Part shown: positions 23,178 to 34,407 of the stretch, piece after piece
How the letters are laid out: every line of letters begins with the position of its first letter
Position numbering within the stretch: the first letter of the stretch is position 1
Made by a program: the position numbers and the translations under genes
The notes under the pieces: model-generated
Seen by the model: only the letters and a program-made list of their open reading frames with translations
The model's database searches: none
What the model was told of the DNA's origin: nothing
Assembly (NCBI GenBank): GCA_963777695.1
Contig: CAVZRC010000001.1
Coordinates: 1,221,913-1,285,912, forward strand
Reading direction: 5' to 3'
Origin: an uncultured Planctomycetota bacterium
GTDB taxonomy: Bacteria > Planctomycetota > Planctomycetia > Isosphaerales > Isosphaeraceae
DNA length: 64,000 nt

Positions 23178-24335
23178 ATGGCGACGGCCGTAGAAGCCAA
23201 CGTGGAAGCCTTGCCCAATGAGCCCGAGGCGAACAAGCTGTTCCGGATGGTGATGAAGTACAAGGGGTCGGACATGCACCTCAAGGTCGGTCTGCCCCCC
23301 GCGATGCGGCTGACCGGCACCATCCGGATGATGCAGCTGCCGCCGTTGACCGTCGCGGACATGGAACGCCTGATGTTCCCGCTGCTGAACGCCCGCCAGA
23401 AGACCATCCTCGAGGAGACCGGCGGCATCGACTTCGCCCACATCGTCCACGATCCCAACGGCGATGAGACGCGTTTTCGCGTCAACCTCTTCCGTCAACG
23501 CGGCCGCCTCAGCCTGGTCGCTCGCCTCGTCAATTCGAAGATCCCCGACTTCGAGGGGCTGGGGTTGCCTCCGGTCCTCGGCGAGATCGCCAGCCACGAT
23601 CAGGGGATCGTCCTCCTTGCCGGCGTCACCGGCAGCGGCAAGTCCACCACCATCGCCGCCATGCTCCAGTACGTCAACAAGCGCGAACGCTGCCATGTCG
23701 TCACCATCGAGGACCCGATCGAGTTCACCTTCAAGGATGACAAGTGCATCATCAATCAGCGCGAAGTGGGCATCGATGTCCTGGACTGGGACACCGCCCT
23801 GAAGCATGCCGTGCGGCAGGACCCCGACATCATCCTGGTCGGTGAGATGCGTGACCGCGACACGTTCAACGCGGCCATGCACGCCGCGGAGACCGGTCAC
23901 CTGGTCTTCGGGACGATCCACGCGTCCAGCGCGCCGTCTACTATCAGCCGGATCCTCGACCTGTTCCCTCAGGACATGCACTCGGCGATGCGGCAGAACC
24001 TGGCGTTCAACCTCAAAGCGATCGTCGCCCAGAAGATCCTGCCGACCACCAAGGACTGGGCGGCGGCCACCGGCCAGAGCCGCGTCCCCCTGGTCGAGGT
24101 CATGCGGATGAATCCCGTCGTGAAGAAGCTGATCCTCACCGAGGAGGATATCAAGCTGGGGCAGGCGATCCGGATGGGGAAGGAAGAGGGGATGGTCGAC
24201 TTCACCGAGAGCCTCCGGCAACTGGTCGTCGCCGAGAAGATCGAGCGGGCCACCGCCTTCGAGGTCGCGCCCAATCCCGAGACCTTGCGGATGGTGCTCA
24301 AGGGGATCCAGTTGCCCGAGCAGGGCATCTTCTGA
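23178..24335 (+). CDS. pilT: type IV pilus twitching motility ATPase PilT
   Basis: Walker A GVTGSGKST. TIEDPIEF. Asp box. His box HLVFGTIH. Confidence 0.9.
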   Translation: MATAVEANVEALPNEPEANKLFRMVMKYKGSDMHLKVGLPPAMRLTGTIRMMQLPPLTVADMERLMFPLLNARQKTILEETGGIDFAHIVHDPNGDETRFRVNLFRQRGRLSLVARLVNSKIPDFEGLGLPPVLGEIASHDQGIVLLAGVTGSGKSTTIAAMLQYVNKRERCHVVTIEDPIEFTFKDDKCIINQREVGIDVLDWDTALKHAVRQDPDIILVGEMRDRDTFNAAMHAAETGHLVFGTIHASSAPSTISRILDLFPQDMHSAMRQNLAFNLKAIVAQKILPTTKDWAAATGQSRVPLVEVMRMNPVVKKLILTEEDIKLGQAIRMGKEEGMVDFTESLRQLVVAEKIERATAFEVAPNPETLRMVLKGIQLPEQGIF

Positions 24336-24875
24336 TCCGCCGAGATCGGTGGTTCGGAGGCACGTCGATCGCCCCGTCGGGCCTCCGGCTGCCCTCCTGC
24401 CTCGCATCGGTTCGTACGGGCGATAAAGGGTCGCGACGAATCTTCGCCCCGGAGATCGCTTCCCGAAGGCTTCCCTGGCACGACACTTTCAATTGGCGCC
24501 GAAAGGCATTACGATCACTAGATCCAGTGTACCGTGACGTACTCGAATGGCCCTCGTGACCGCGGCGGGCGCCCCGCGGATGAGTCGTCGGGCGTGGCCG
24601 TGATCCGGCCGTCGGCCTGAAGGCTGTTGTTGCCCCTTGCACCATGCCCCCCCGGGGTCCTGCTGGGAGCGCCTGCCGGAGGGTTAACGAAGGCTCGGGA
24701 CGCGTGTCGAGCCTGCCTGCCGGCCAGGCCATGGCGGAGTTGGCCTCGAGCATGCTCCGGCCACGCCGGTGCCGACCCCCGGGCGCGTGCGACGTCCGGG
24801 ATGGCGGTTTACAGCCCGGTTCGCTCTCGCAGGCAGCAACCCGGTGTTTCGGATCCGACGCATCGCTCCGGAGAA

Positions 24876-26634
24876 ATGTCAGCAATGATTCGCCCGTCCC
24901 TCGTGATCTTCTCGTTCCTGGCCTTGATCCTCGGCGTCGCCGCCACGTCCGAAGCCGCCGAGATCTTCCCGATGTTGCTGGCCCAGTCTTCCGCGATCGG
25001 CCCGTTGCGCGGCCCCGGCATGTATCTGAACCTCTTCAAGTTCATCCCGGTCGTGCTGATCTACCTCATGTGGGCCTGGACCACCGACTGGGTCGAGCAT
25101 GATACCCAGGACTTGAACAACCTCAAGTTCGGCACCTGGAACAGCGTCATGTTCTTCTCGGGGGTGCTGGGACTCGTCCTGGTGCTCGCGATGCCGATGT
25201 ACATCATCGGTCTGGCACTGCTGCTCCTGGCCTACTTCATCCCTTTGTTCATCTACATCTACTCGCGGAATCAGACCGTCCCCGATGACCAGAAGGTACT
25301 CACGCCTTACCACCTCGGCGAAGTGGCCAATAGCCTGGTCATGAAGCTGGGCGGGAAGCCGATGTTCAACAGGGACACCGGGCCGCAGGATCGGGCCGGA
25401 CCGCCCATCCAGTTCATCGGCAAGGGCCAGGGCGGCAAGGAGGATCCGTCGCGGGTCGGCCAGGCGGAGGAATCGCGATCGTTCATGGCCGCCAAGGAGC
25501 TGGTCTACGACGCGGTGCTCCGTCGCGCGACCGACATCCACCTGGAGCCGACCACGGAACAACTCTCGGTCCGGTACCGGATCGACGGTATCCTCCACGC
25601 CGCCGAGCCATTCGACCGGCCCACCGGCGATGCGGTGGTCAACGTCTTCAAGGTCCTCTCGGCCATGGATATCTCCGAGAAGCGCAAGCCGCAGGACGGC
25701 TCGTTCGGCGCGGCTTTCGGGCAGGGACCTGGATTTCCGCGTGGCGACCTCGGGCTCGAAGGCCGGCGAGAAGCTGGTCATGCGTATCCTCGACAACAGC
25801 AAGGGGATCACCAAGCTCGAGGACCTGGGGATGCGGCCCAAGCTGATCGAGCAGGTCCGCGCCGTGGTGACCCAACCCCATGGGATGTTCATCTGCTGCG
25901 GGCCGACCGGGGCCGGCAAGTCCACCTCGCTCTACGCCTCCCTTCGCGAGATCGACCGCTACCAGAGGAACATCATCACGGTCGAGGACCCCATCGAATA
26001 CCAGATGGACAACGTCACCCAGATGGAGGTCAATACCAAGGCCGGAGCGACCTTCGCCTCGATGCTCCGGTCGATCCTGCGGCAGGATCCCGACGTCATC
26101 ATGATCGGCGAGATCCGCGACCAGGAGACCGCCTCGATCGCCTGCCAGGCGGCCAATACCGGGCACATGGTCTTCTCGACGGTCCACTCCAACGACGCCG
26201 TGACCTCGCTCTTCCGGCTCCTCGACCTGGGCGTCGAGCCGTTCATGATCGCCTCGGCCCTCTCGGGCGTCATGGGCCAGCGGCTCGTGAGGCTGCTCTG
26301 CGACCAGTGCAAGGAGCCCTACAAGCCCAAGCCCGAATTCCTCAAGAAGGCGAACCTGCCGGCGGACAAGGTCAACGTGTTCTACCGCCGGCCCGAGAAC
26401 CCCGAGGTGGTCTGCCCGCAGTGCGGCGGCACGGGCTACTTCGGGCGGACGGGCATTTACGAGTTGCTGGTCGTCAACGAATCGATACGCGAGATGATCC
26501 GGGAGAACCCGTCGATCAACAAGATCAAGGCCGAGGCCCGCAAGGCCGGCATGATCTACCTCCAGGAGGACGGCCTGCGGCAGGTCATCCAGGGCCGGAC
26601 CTCGATCGAGGAACTGCTCCGCGTCGTGAAATGA
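24876..26634 (+). CDS. GspE/PilB-family secretion ATPase with N-terminal transmembrane extension; frameshift near 25708
   Basis: N-terminal 4 TM helices, then GspE N1-like region, then (frame 1) CGPTGAGKST Walker A, TVEDPIE, and CPQCGGTGYFGRTG tetracysteine. Confidence 0.8.
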
Positions 26635-26726
26635 GTCGCTATGGCGCGTGGCTTCAATATCATGAGCACCGCCCTCTTGCCATCCCACGATCCAACGATC
26701 CACTCCGAAGACTGAGGTGATCTTCC

Positions 26727-27467
26727 ATGGCAGTTATCATCGACCTGATCATCGTCTTCTTGATTCTGGGGCTGACCTGGGCGCTGACGAGCGAGGGGCT
26801 CTGGGGCTCGGCATTGATGTTCTTCAACGTCCTGTTCGGGGCGATGATCGCCTTCAATTTCTACGAGCCGCTGGCCAGGCTGATCGATTCGACCGGCCTC
26901 CCTTGGGGATTCTCCGACACGCTCTGCCTGATGTTGCTGTTCACGTTCTCGGTCGGAATCCTGCGGATGACGACCGAGACGATCGCACCGGCCCAGGTGC
27001 GCTTCCCCATGCCGATCTATCATCTCGGCCGGCTCGTCTTCGGCCTCGGAGGGGCGGTCGTCACCATGTCGATCGTCATCCTGGCTTTCCACTGCGCCCC
27101 GATCTACAAGAAGATGTTCGGGACGGTTGTCTACGATACGAAGCCGCCGTTCGGACTCGGCCTGGACCATCAATTCCTGGGTTTCTTCCAGCGAGAGACC
27201 GGTGCCGTCTTCACGAATTTCAACAGCCCCAACGGTCGGCGAGACCCGTTCAAGGAATACGGTGGCCCGAATCAGAGCCCGCTGAACTTCTTCGATCCTC
27301 GGGCCGAGTGGCTGATCAATCACCAGAACGCCCGGCCCTACGGCACGGAGACCGTCCCGGCGTCGGAGGAAGCCGCATCAGCAGCCGCAGGGGAGGGGGA
27401 AGCCGGCCAGGAGGCGGGGGCCGCACCGGCGCCGGCCGGCCCGGGAGGCGGTCGCCGAGGCCGCTGA
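26727..27467 (+). CDS. cvpA: CvpA family membrane protein
   Basis: IDLIIVFLILGL N-terminus. Multi-TM. Gly/Ala/Glu-rich tail. Confidence 0.6.
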   Translation: MAVIIDLIIVFLILGLTWALTSEGLWGSALMFFNVLFGAMIAFNFYEPLARLIDSTGLPWGFSDTLCLMLLFTFSVGILRMTTETIAPAQVRFPMPIYHLGRLVFGLGGAVVTMSIVILAFHCAPIYKKMFGTVVYDTKPPFGLGLDHQFLGFFQRETGAVFTNFNSPNGRRDPFKEYGGPNQSPLNFFDPRAEWLINHQNARPYGTETVPASEEAASAAAGEGEAGQEAGAAPAPAGPGGGRRGR

Positions 27468-27524
27468 GTCGCGGCGCGTCACTCCGGGTCCGGGCCGAGT
27501 CTCGGCGAGGGTCCACCGCCCCCT

Positions 27525-28073
27525 TCAAGGATTCGGCTCGATCGGTCCGGACTTGGGATAGCTGATCCGTTCCACCAGATCGAACTGGGGCCGTGCCGAT
27601 TGGCCGACCGTCGTCGAGGGCTGGATCCGATAGACGCCGACCTGGCCGGTCGTCGTCTCAAACACATAGAGCGGGGCCCAGCCCGAACTGTATTGACCGA
27701 GCGTGCCGGTCGTCATCAGGAACCGTGGTTCGATGCCGGCCTCCACTTCGAGCTTGAAATCGGCTACGAGGTCTCGCTCGGCGAACCCGTTGATGTACTG
27801 GGTCTTCGTCCCCGACTGGCGATAGCTCGGCACGGTCGCCAGCAACCGCCCACCCCGGTGGTCGAGGAAATACACCGCGTCAACCGGTACCTGTGCCTTG
27901 GATGTCAAATCGAACGCCATCATCACCGGCCCAGTCGTCAGGATGTACCCTCCGGAACGGTCCCCGGCGCTGGCACGCATCGGCGCCGGATGAGCGACTG
28001 CCATGATCCAACCGAAGACGATCCCTGTCATCAACAGGAGACCCGTCGAGATCCGCGAGCGCAGAGCATCCAT
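27525..28073 (-). CDS. hypothetical secreted/membrane-anchored protein
   Basis: Single N-terminal hydrophobic helix. No recognisable domain. Confidence 0.45.
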   Translation of the reverse strand: MDALRSRISTGLLLMTGIVFGWIMAVAHPAPMRASAGDRSGGYILTTGPVMMAFDLTSKAQVPVDAVYFLDHRGGRLLATVPSYRQSGTKTQYINGFAERDLVADFKLEVEAGIEPRFLMTTGTLGQYSSGWAPLYVFETTTGQVGVYRIQPSTTVGQSARPQFDLVERISYPKSGPIEPNP

Positions 28074-28180
28074 GGTATGACGACTCCTTTCGAACCAAAT
28101 GGAACGGCCAGGGCCGGCATTCTGCGAACATAGGTCGGATGCGTCCAGTCCATTCGTCTCGGGAGAAGTAAGAGCCTATT

Positions 28181-28262
28181 CCCGTAGGGTGGGTGAAACC
28201 CACTGAATGCCTTGTCGTCGAGAGACCTGGCGGGTTTCACCCACCCTACCGGAACTCCTACT
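28181..28262. repeat. palindromic intergenic repeat, copy 2
   Basis: cccgtagggtgggtgaaacccactgaatgccttgtcgtcgagagacctggcgggtttcacccaccctacc. Matches 6050-6132. Confidence 0.75.
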
Positions 28263-28384
28263 GCAATAGGTTCCAAAGTCTTCTGCTGCTGACGACCCGA
28301 TCGCCATGATGTACCCTTAGAATTTGCCTTCGGTCTCTTACTGGCCACTGCCTACTGCCCACTGCCTACTGGAGAGGAGTCCCG

Positions 28385-30037
28385 ATGTCTTGCTCATGGT
28401 GGCTCGTCGGGTTGATGGCCGTCGGATTTCAGGTACCTCCTCCGGATGCAGGCGAGGAAGTCGGTCGTGCGCTGGAGAATGCGCGTCGGACGATCCTGGC
28501 GCGGGAAGCGGCCGAGTTGACGAAGCTGGGCTCTCAACTGAGCGAGGTGGGTGAGACGGGAGCCGCTGCCGAGGTCCTTGCGAAGGTGCCGGCGCCTCGC
28601 AAGCCCGACGGCGCGACGCGGTTCGTTCCCCTGCCCGATATCGTGCCCGCCCCGGTCGCGAGCAAGTCCGGGGTGGGGAAGGTGCGATGTGATGAGATCC
28701 GATCGCGATCGGCGGCCACGCTATTCGCACTGGCGAAGAGCGCGGCCGGGTCCGATCCGCCGCGATACTCGCTGGCAAGCGCCTGCCTCCGCGAGGTCCT
28801 GGTCCGCCAACCCGACCACCGCGAGGCGCGTCGATTGCTGGGCTATTCTCCTTACGAGCGAGGATGGGCGAAACCCTATGCGATCCAGCAGATCAAGGCG
28901 GGTTTCGTCGATCACCCGAAATTCGGATGGGTTGAGGCCGATTGGCTGCCGCACCTCGACCGCGGCGAGCTGCCTTCACCACCCGTTCGAAACAAGGTCC
29001 GCTGGCTCCCCGCTGCGGATGCCGATCGACTCCGGGCCGATTGGAAACCACCCTGGCAGATCGTCACCGAGCACTTCGAAGTCCAGACGAACGTCTCGCT
29101 CGCCGATGCGATCGGATTCGGGAGACGCCTGGAGGCTTTCCACGACCTTTTCATGTCGCTGCTGGCCGATATCCTCGGCGATAGCGTTCCGATGGTCAAA
29201 CGATTCGGCGATCCATCGCTCGTCGGCGAGCCGCCTCGCAAGCGGCACATTGTCTACTATTTCGCTTCGAAGCGACAATTCGTCGATTATCTCACCCCGA
29301 CTTACGGGGCGGACATGAATGAGAGTCTCGGCTTCTACGAGCCGCCCAAGTCGGGCCGGAGCGGTCGCACGCCCGCCTACTTTTATTATGACGCCGATGG
29401 ACAGCTCCCGGTGGAGGCCAATCTCTACCACGAGGTCTCGCACCAGCTCCTCTTCGAAACCGCGGGTCGCAATGCCTATACGTCGAACTTCGGCAATTAC
29501 TGGGTCTTCGAGGGCCTGGGTACCTATTTCGAGACCGTGGTGCCCCAGGCCGACGGCTCTCTTGAAGTTGGCGGCACGGTAGGGCGCCGCATGGAAGCGG
29601 CGATCGTTGCGCTGGCGGACGAGGGGCAGGCGATCCCGTTGGCCCAGTTCATCGCGCTCAATAAGGACCGGTTCATGGGCGACGGAGTGACCCTCCGATA
29701 CCAGCAGGCCGAGGCCCTGACTGTGTTCCTCATGCAGTGGCACGAGGGGACCTATCGCGAAGGCTTTCTCGATTACATCCGCGACGCCTATCGAGGGCGG
29801 ATCAAGCGCGGAAGCGGACGATCGCTCGAAGAGCGAGTGGGCCAGCCCTATGCGACCCTCGAAGCCCAGTTCCTGGCGTTTCTCAGGGAGGTGCGGGCCG
29901 GAGAGAAAGAGGTCGCGTCGCCGCCCACGACCGCCCCCAAGGTCAAGTCGGACCGGGCGATCCGCACCGTGCCGAAGGCGGCCCCTTCGGCAAAGGACAC
30001 CACGAGTGGTTCCATTCGCACGGTGCCGAGGCAGTAG
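28385..30037 (+). CDS. DUF1570 domain protein (planctomycete-type secreted protein with HExxH-like motif)
   Basis: Signal peptide. LYHEVSHQL. Family architecture typical of DUF1570. Confidence 0.6.
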   Translation: MSCSWWLVGLMAVGFQVPPPDAGEEVGRALENARRTILAREAAELTKLGSQLSEVGETGAAAEVLAKVPAPRKPDGATRFVPLPDIVPAPVASKSGVGKVRCDEIRSRSAATLFALAKSAAGSDPPRYSLASACLREVLVRQPDHREARRLLGYSPYERGWAKPYAIQQIKAGFVDHPKFGWVEADWLPHLDRGELPSPPVRNKVRWLPAADADRLRADWKPPWQIVTEHFEVQTNVSLADAIGFGRRLEAFHDLFMSLLADILGDSVPMVKRFGDPSLVGEPPRKRHIVYYFASKRQFVDYLTPTYGADMNESLGFYEPPKSGRSGRTPAYFYYDADGQLPVEANLYHEVSHQLLFETAGRNAYTSNFGNYWVFEGLGTYFETVVPQADGSLEVGGTVGRRMEAAIVALADEGQAIPLAQFIALNKDRFMGDGVTLRYQQAEALTVFLMQWHEGTYREGFLDYIRDAYRGRIKRGSGRSLEERVGQPYATLEAQFLAFLREVRAGEKEVASPPTTAPKVKSDRAIRTVPKAAPSAKDTTSGSIRTVPRQ

Positions 30038-30093
30038 GCCTGGATCGTCCGACCCGTGCCCGGCTCGTGGACGGCGATTGTTCGAGTGGCCGA

Positions 30094-30336
30094 TTACTCC
30101 CCGACGTACGGGAGCAGGGCCATGAACCGCGCACGCTTGACGGCGGCGCTGCTGGCACGCTGGAACGCCGCGCAACTGCCGCTGCGCTTCCGAGAGAACA
30201 TCTTGTTCTGGTTGGTGCACAGCTTCTTGAGCAGGCCGACGTCCTTGTAGTCGACGTACGCCGGCCGAGGGCAACCCTCGTGAGTGCAAAAACGACAGCG
30301 ATTCTTGCGGTTGCGTCCGAACTTCTTCCGCGGCAT
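30094..30336 (-). CDS. rpsR: 30S ribosomal protein S18
   Basis: CRFC...YVDYKDV.LLKK...KRARFMALLPYV. Confidence 0.85.
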   Translation of the reverse strand: MPRKKFGRNRKNRCRFCTHEGCPRPAYVDYKDVGLLKKLCTNQNKMFSRKRSGSCAAFQRASSAAVKRARFMALLPYVGE

Positions 30337-30623
30337 AACCCTGTTTTCCTCAGTCAATTACGTTCAAGAACCTCGCTCGGGGAGGGCACGCGTCTCAACC
30401 GGGCAACCGGCCATGCGGCCGAAACGACGCGAATCTCCGAGTCTAGTCGCGAATCCACCCTCCGTCAAGCCTTTGGTCGTCAAATCGAAGATCACGAGAA
30501 CACATCTCTTGATTCGAAGTGAGATCCGCTCGATTGTGATCCCGTCAAGAGAAGCGGCGTGCCCGAGGCTTCGGGGCACGCCGCGTGGGCGGATCGACGA
30601 TGATGATCGGTTCCGCCACCGCA

Positions 30624-32926
30624 TCAGGCGCCGTCTGTCTTGATATCGAGGCCATCGAGTCGCGATGGCGTGATGACCGACGCAACGGAGGCCGGCTGGG
30701 GTGCTCCGTTGCCGTTGTGGCCGGCCGTCGATGCGGTGCCGACGCCGACGGCCTGCTGGATCGACTCCATGGCCTGGCGGGTGACCTGTTCGGTGAAGTG
30801 GCTCAGCTCCGAGGCCGCCGGGAGCTCCGCGAGCTGGAACCCGGATTTCTCGGCGACCAGGAGGCTCAGGAGCAGGCCCATCAGCCCGCTACCCGCGGCC
30901 GCGCCGCCGGTCAGCGAGCTCTCGCCGCCGGTGCCATTGCCGCCGATCCCACCGGCGATGAAGACCCGCTCGGGGACCAGCGGCTGCGTGCAGTTGGCCA
31001 GGTTCTCGGCCACGACCGAGAGCGCGTAGAGACGCGGGTCCGAGAAGGATTGGATCTTCCGGATCAGGACCGACGCCTCGGACAGGCCCTCCTGGAGGAT
31101 CCGGCGCCCTCGCCGCGGCCCGCGAGGATCTGGGACTGGCTCTCAGCCTGGGCGGTGACGACGACTTGCTCGGCCTGCTTGCGGGCCCGGGCGAGCTGGG
31201 CCTCGGCCTCGTTCTCGGCGATCCGGATCTGCACCAGCGAGTTGGACAGTTGGGTCTGCATCTGGGCCTGGGCCTGGGCCTCGTTGAGCACGCGGAGGTT
31301 CTGCGCCGCGGTCACCTGCTTCGCGTAGGTCTCGACCTGCTCGAGCGACAGTTGCCGCAGCCGGAGTTGTTCGAGCAGGGTCTCGATCTTGCCCCCGGCC
31401 TCCGCCGTGTCGGGCTTGCCGATCAGGACGTCGACGCACTCGATGTCGAAGTTGTGGAACTTCCGGCCCAGCTCGCTGCTGGACTCGTGCTGGATCGAGT
31501 CGCGATCCTGGAGCAGCTCGAGCATCGTCCGCTTGTGGGCGACGTCGCGGAAGTAGGCGCTGAGCATCGGGTCGAGGGTCTGGGTGATCAGCTTCTTGAC
31601 GTCGCCGAATCGCTGGATGACGCTCGGGGCCTTCTGGTAGTCGATGTGGACGACCACCGACAGCGGCAAGGTCGGCTCATAAGCATCCTTGGTGACCAGG
31701 TCGATCGACCGCAGGCTCTCGTCGTAGCGGTGAGACTCGGTCCGGCCGGTCACCCAGTGGAGGACGAAGTTCGTCGTCGGCACCAGGACGATATTGCCGG
31801 CATAGGTGTTGAACGCGTACTTGCCCGGCCCGAGCGGCTTCTCCAGCACGCCACGCTCGCCCTCGGAGACCCGCTCGCCGTGGCGGAACGCATCGCCCGA
31901 GAGGTCGGCGCCGCTCCGGCCATAGTAGCTGACCACCACGCCGACATAACCGATCGGCACGATCGTCTTGGGGATCGATTCGATGCTGGCGAACCATCGA
32001 TTGATGAAGTAAGTGCCGTCGGTCAGCGGGACGTATTGCAGGCCGCGGCGGCCCCCGGCGCGGAGGAACGCCTCGGGGTCCTGGAAATTGTTGTGGAAGT
32101 CCTTGTCGTTGCGGTCCCACCCCACCGCCGGGGCGATGATCTCGCCGGGAGGCAGCGAGGGACCGTCGTGGATGGTCACGATCCCCATGCTATCAACCAT
32201 CGTGGTCCGGCCGGGATTCAGGGGGTCGGGTGACTCGATCGGCCCGCCGATGATCACCGGGCTGAACCCATCGACCTCGCTCAACTCGTTCTGCCAGTTG
32301 ACCAGAGCCTTGAGCTCCTTCGATCCGCCGGCCTCGAGGCGATAGACGGTGTCCTCGGTGATGACCATGAACAGCGAGAGGTTGATCGCGTAGACGCCCT
32401 CGCGGAGGATGGCCCGCTGGCGCCCTCGCTGGCCGACGACCCGATCGTCCTCGGGGTTCGAGGGCTCCCCGCCGAGGAATCGGCGTGCATCCTGGAAGTG
32501 GTTGCAGGGGATCACCTTGCCGAGCGTCTGGCTCGGCAGCAGGGCCTCGCCGTCGCGTGCATAGATATAGCCGATCTTGCCTTGCGGCACGGTGACCAGC
32601 GGTAGCTTGTGGATCCGATATTGCCAGCGCCACAGGCCGAAATGCATGCCGCCGCGGAGCACCTCGGCCTGGAAGCCCGCCTCGCCCTCCAGCGCGATGA
32701 TGCCGCCCTCCGGGACCGACCCCTTGAATGACCAGAGCTTCTCGACCACCCCGACCCGGTTGTTCGCGATGTAACGCAAGCCGGCGAGCTCGCAGCCCAC
32801 GATGACCAGGGCGACCAGACCCAGAACCCAGAAGACGCTCGCCAGCACCGGATCCGATGCGGCGAACAACGACGGCGAGCCCGACGTGATTGTCTCCGTC
32901 AGCAGAGAGCCCACGTGCTCAACCAT
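30624..32926 (-). CDS. flotillin / SPFH (band 7) domain protein; frameshift near 31095; start codon uncertain (32926 or 32989)
   Basis: N-terminal TM, SPFH domain, long Ala/Glu/Gln coiled coil (AENEAEAQLARARKQAEQ), flotillin C-terminus ...SDPRLYALSVVAENLANCTQPLVPERVFIAGG in a second frame. Confidence 0.8.
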
Positions 32927-33302
32927 TGGCGACCACACAGTTCGGCTCCTCAATGAACGAAAGTGCGATGACGGCTCGATCCGGAACATCCCGGAGAGTC
33001 TCGGTTCCTCGCGGTTTGCCCGACCTGCCGGGCCTTCCGGAGTCGTTCAAGCCCCCGGAGTTGGGGGTTATTCGTCCACGGGCGGGAATATTGGGGGAAA
33101 CCCCCCGACCGGCCCCATTCTTGTCGATCGGAATACCCTACTTCGACGGGACCAGTACGCCCGTTTCGGCTCAAGTCGATCGCGGGGAGTGGCTTCTGTG
33201 TCCCAAGCCGGGATGCTACGATGGGCATGAAGACATCCGGTTCTAGATTGACCGATCGATCGCGATCGGCCCTCTCCTTGAGGTCCAGGCGGAGGTCTCG
33301 AG

Positions 33303-34322
33303 ATGAATCGCGTTGCCCTGGTTCCGGTCGTCACCGCGCTGGGCCTCCTGGCCGCCTCGAGCGGATTCGCCCAGCAACAAGTCGCCGACCTCGAGTATGA
33401 CACGACGATCGTCCGACCGGCGTACTCTGAGAAGCATCCCGCCGTGTTGTTCGACGAGGCTCACCACAACCTCCACACTGCGGGCGGGCTGTACAAGCCG
33501 TTCGTCAACCTGATCACCCACGACGGATTCCGCGTCGAGTCCAACCGGAAGCCGTTCACCAAGGAGGTACTGGAGCCCTTCAGCATCCTCATCATCGCCA
33601 ATGCGAGCGGGTCTGCGGTCTCGGTTGCCGACTCGGCGAATCCCGCATTCACTGCGGCCGAGTGCCAGGCCGTCGAGGCGTGGGTCAAGCAAGGAGGATC
33701 GTTCCTGTTCATTACCGATCATTATCCCTGGGGCGCCGCCGCCCAGCCGCTGGCGAAACGGCTCGGGGTCGGGATGAGTCAGGGCCAGACGCTCGACCCG
33801 CAGAATTGCATCCCCGGGGTCCCCTCGAAATTGATCTTCGCTCGCGAGAACGATCTGCTGGGTAACCACCCGATCAACTGGGGCCGCGGGCCGTCCGAAC
33901 AGATCGGCCGCGTGGTCACCTACTCCGGCCAATCGCTCCAGGGGCCTCGCGGGAGTGTCTCGTTCCTCATGCTCGCCGAGACGGCCGTCGACCGCTCCCA
34001 ACTGGACAACGCTCTGTCCCCGGCCGGAGGTCGTTCCCAGGGGATCGCGTTCGTCCATGGAAAGGGTCGTGTCGTCGTGCTGGGGGAAGCGGGGGTCCTA
34101 TCGGCGCAGTTCGACGCGCAGGGCAAGGCGATCGGCATGAATGACGAGGGGACCGACAACCGCCAACTCTCGCTCAACATCATGCATTGGCTCTCGGGAC
34201 TGATCCCGGTCGATGCTCGCGCGACGAACAAGAAGCAGAGCGCGTCGCGACGTGCGACCGCCGCTCGCAAGGCCAAGAACCGCACGACCAAGTCGGAGCC
34301 GGAGCAGCAGGGCGAGCCTTAG
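33303..34322 (+). CDS. hypothetical secreted protein
   Basis: Signal peptide MNRVALVPVVTALGLLAASSGFAQ. No firm domain call. Confidence 0.55.
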   Translation: MNRVALVPVVTALGLLAASSGFAQQQVADLEYDTTIVRPAYSEKHPAVLFDEAHHNLHTAGGLYKPFVNLITHDGFRVESNRKPFTKEVLEPFSILIIANASGSAVSVADSANPAFTAAECQAVEAWVKQGGSFLFITDHYPWGAAAQPLAKRLGVGMSQGQTLDPQNCIPGVPSKLIFARENDLLGNHPINWGRGPSEQIGRVVTYSGQSLQGPRGSVSFLMLAETAVDRSQLDNALSPAGGRSQGIAFVHGKGRVVVLGEAGVLSAQFDAQGKAIGMNDEGTDNRQLSLNIMHWLSGLIPVDARATNKKQSASRRATAARKAKNRTTKSEPEQQGEP

Positions 34323-34407
34323 CGTCGCTAACACCCGGTTCGTCCGCAAGGGAACGAGCGGGCACTTCGCTCACCGCAGTCCCCCCGTTTGGACCCCCCG
34401 TGGACAT

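Noticed and set aside
30585-31328. 247-aa plus-strand ORF
   Set aside because: Antisense to the flotillin C-terminus.
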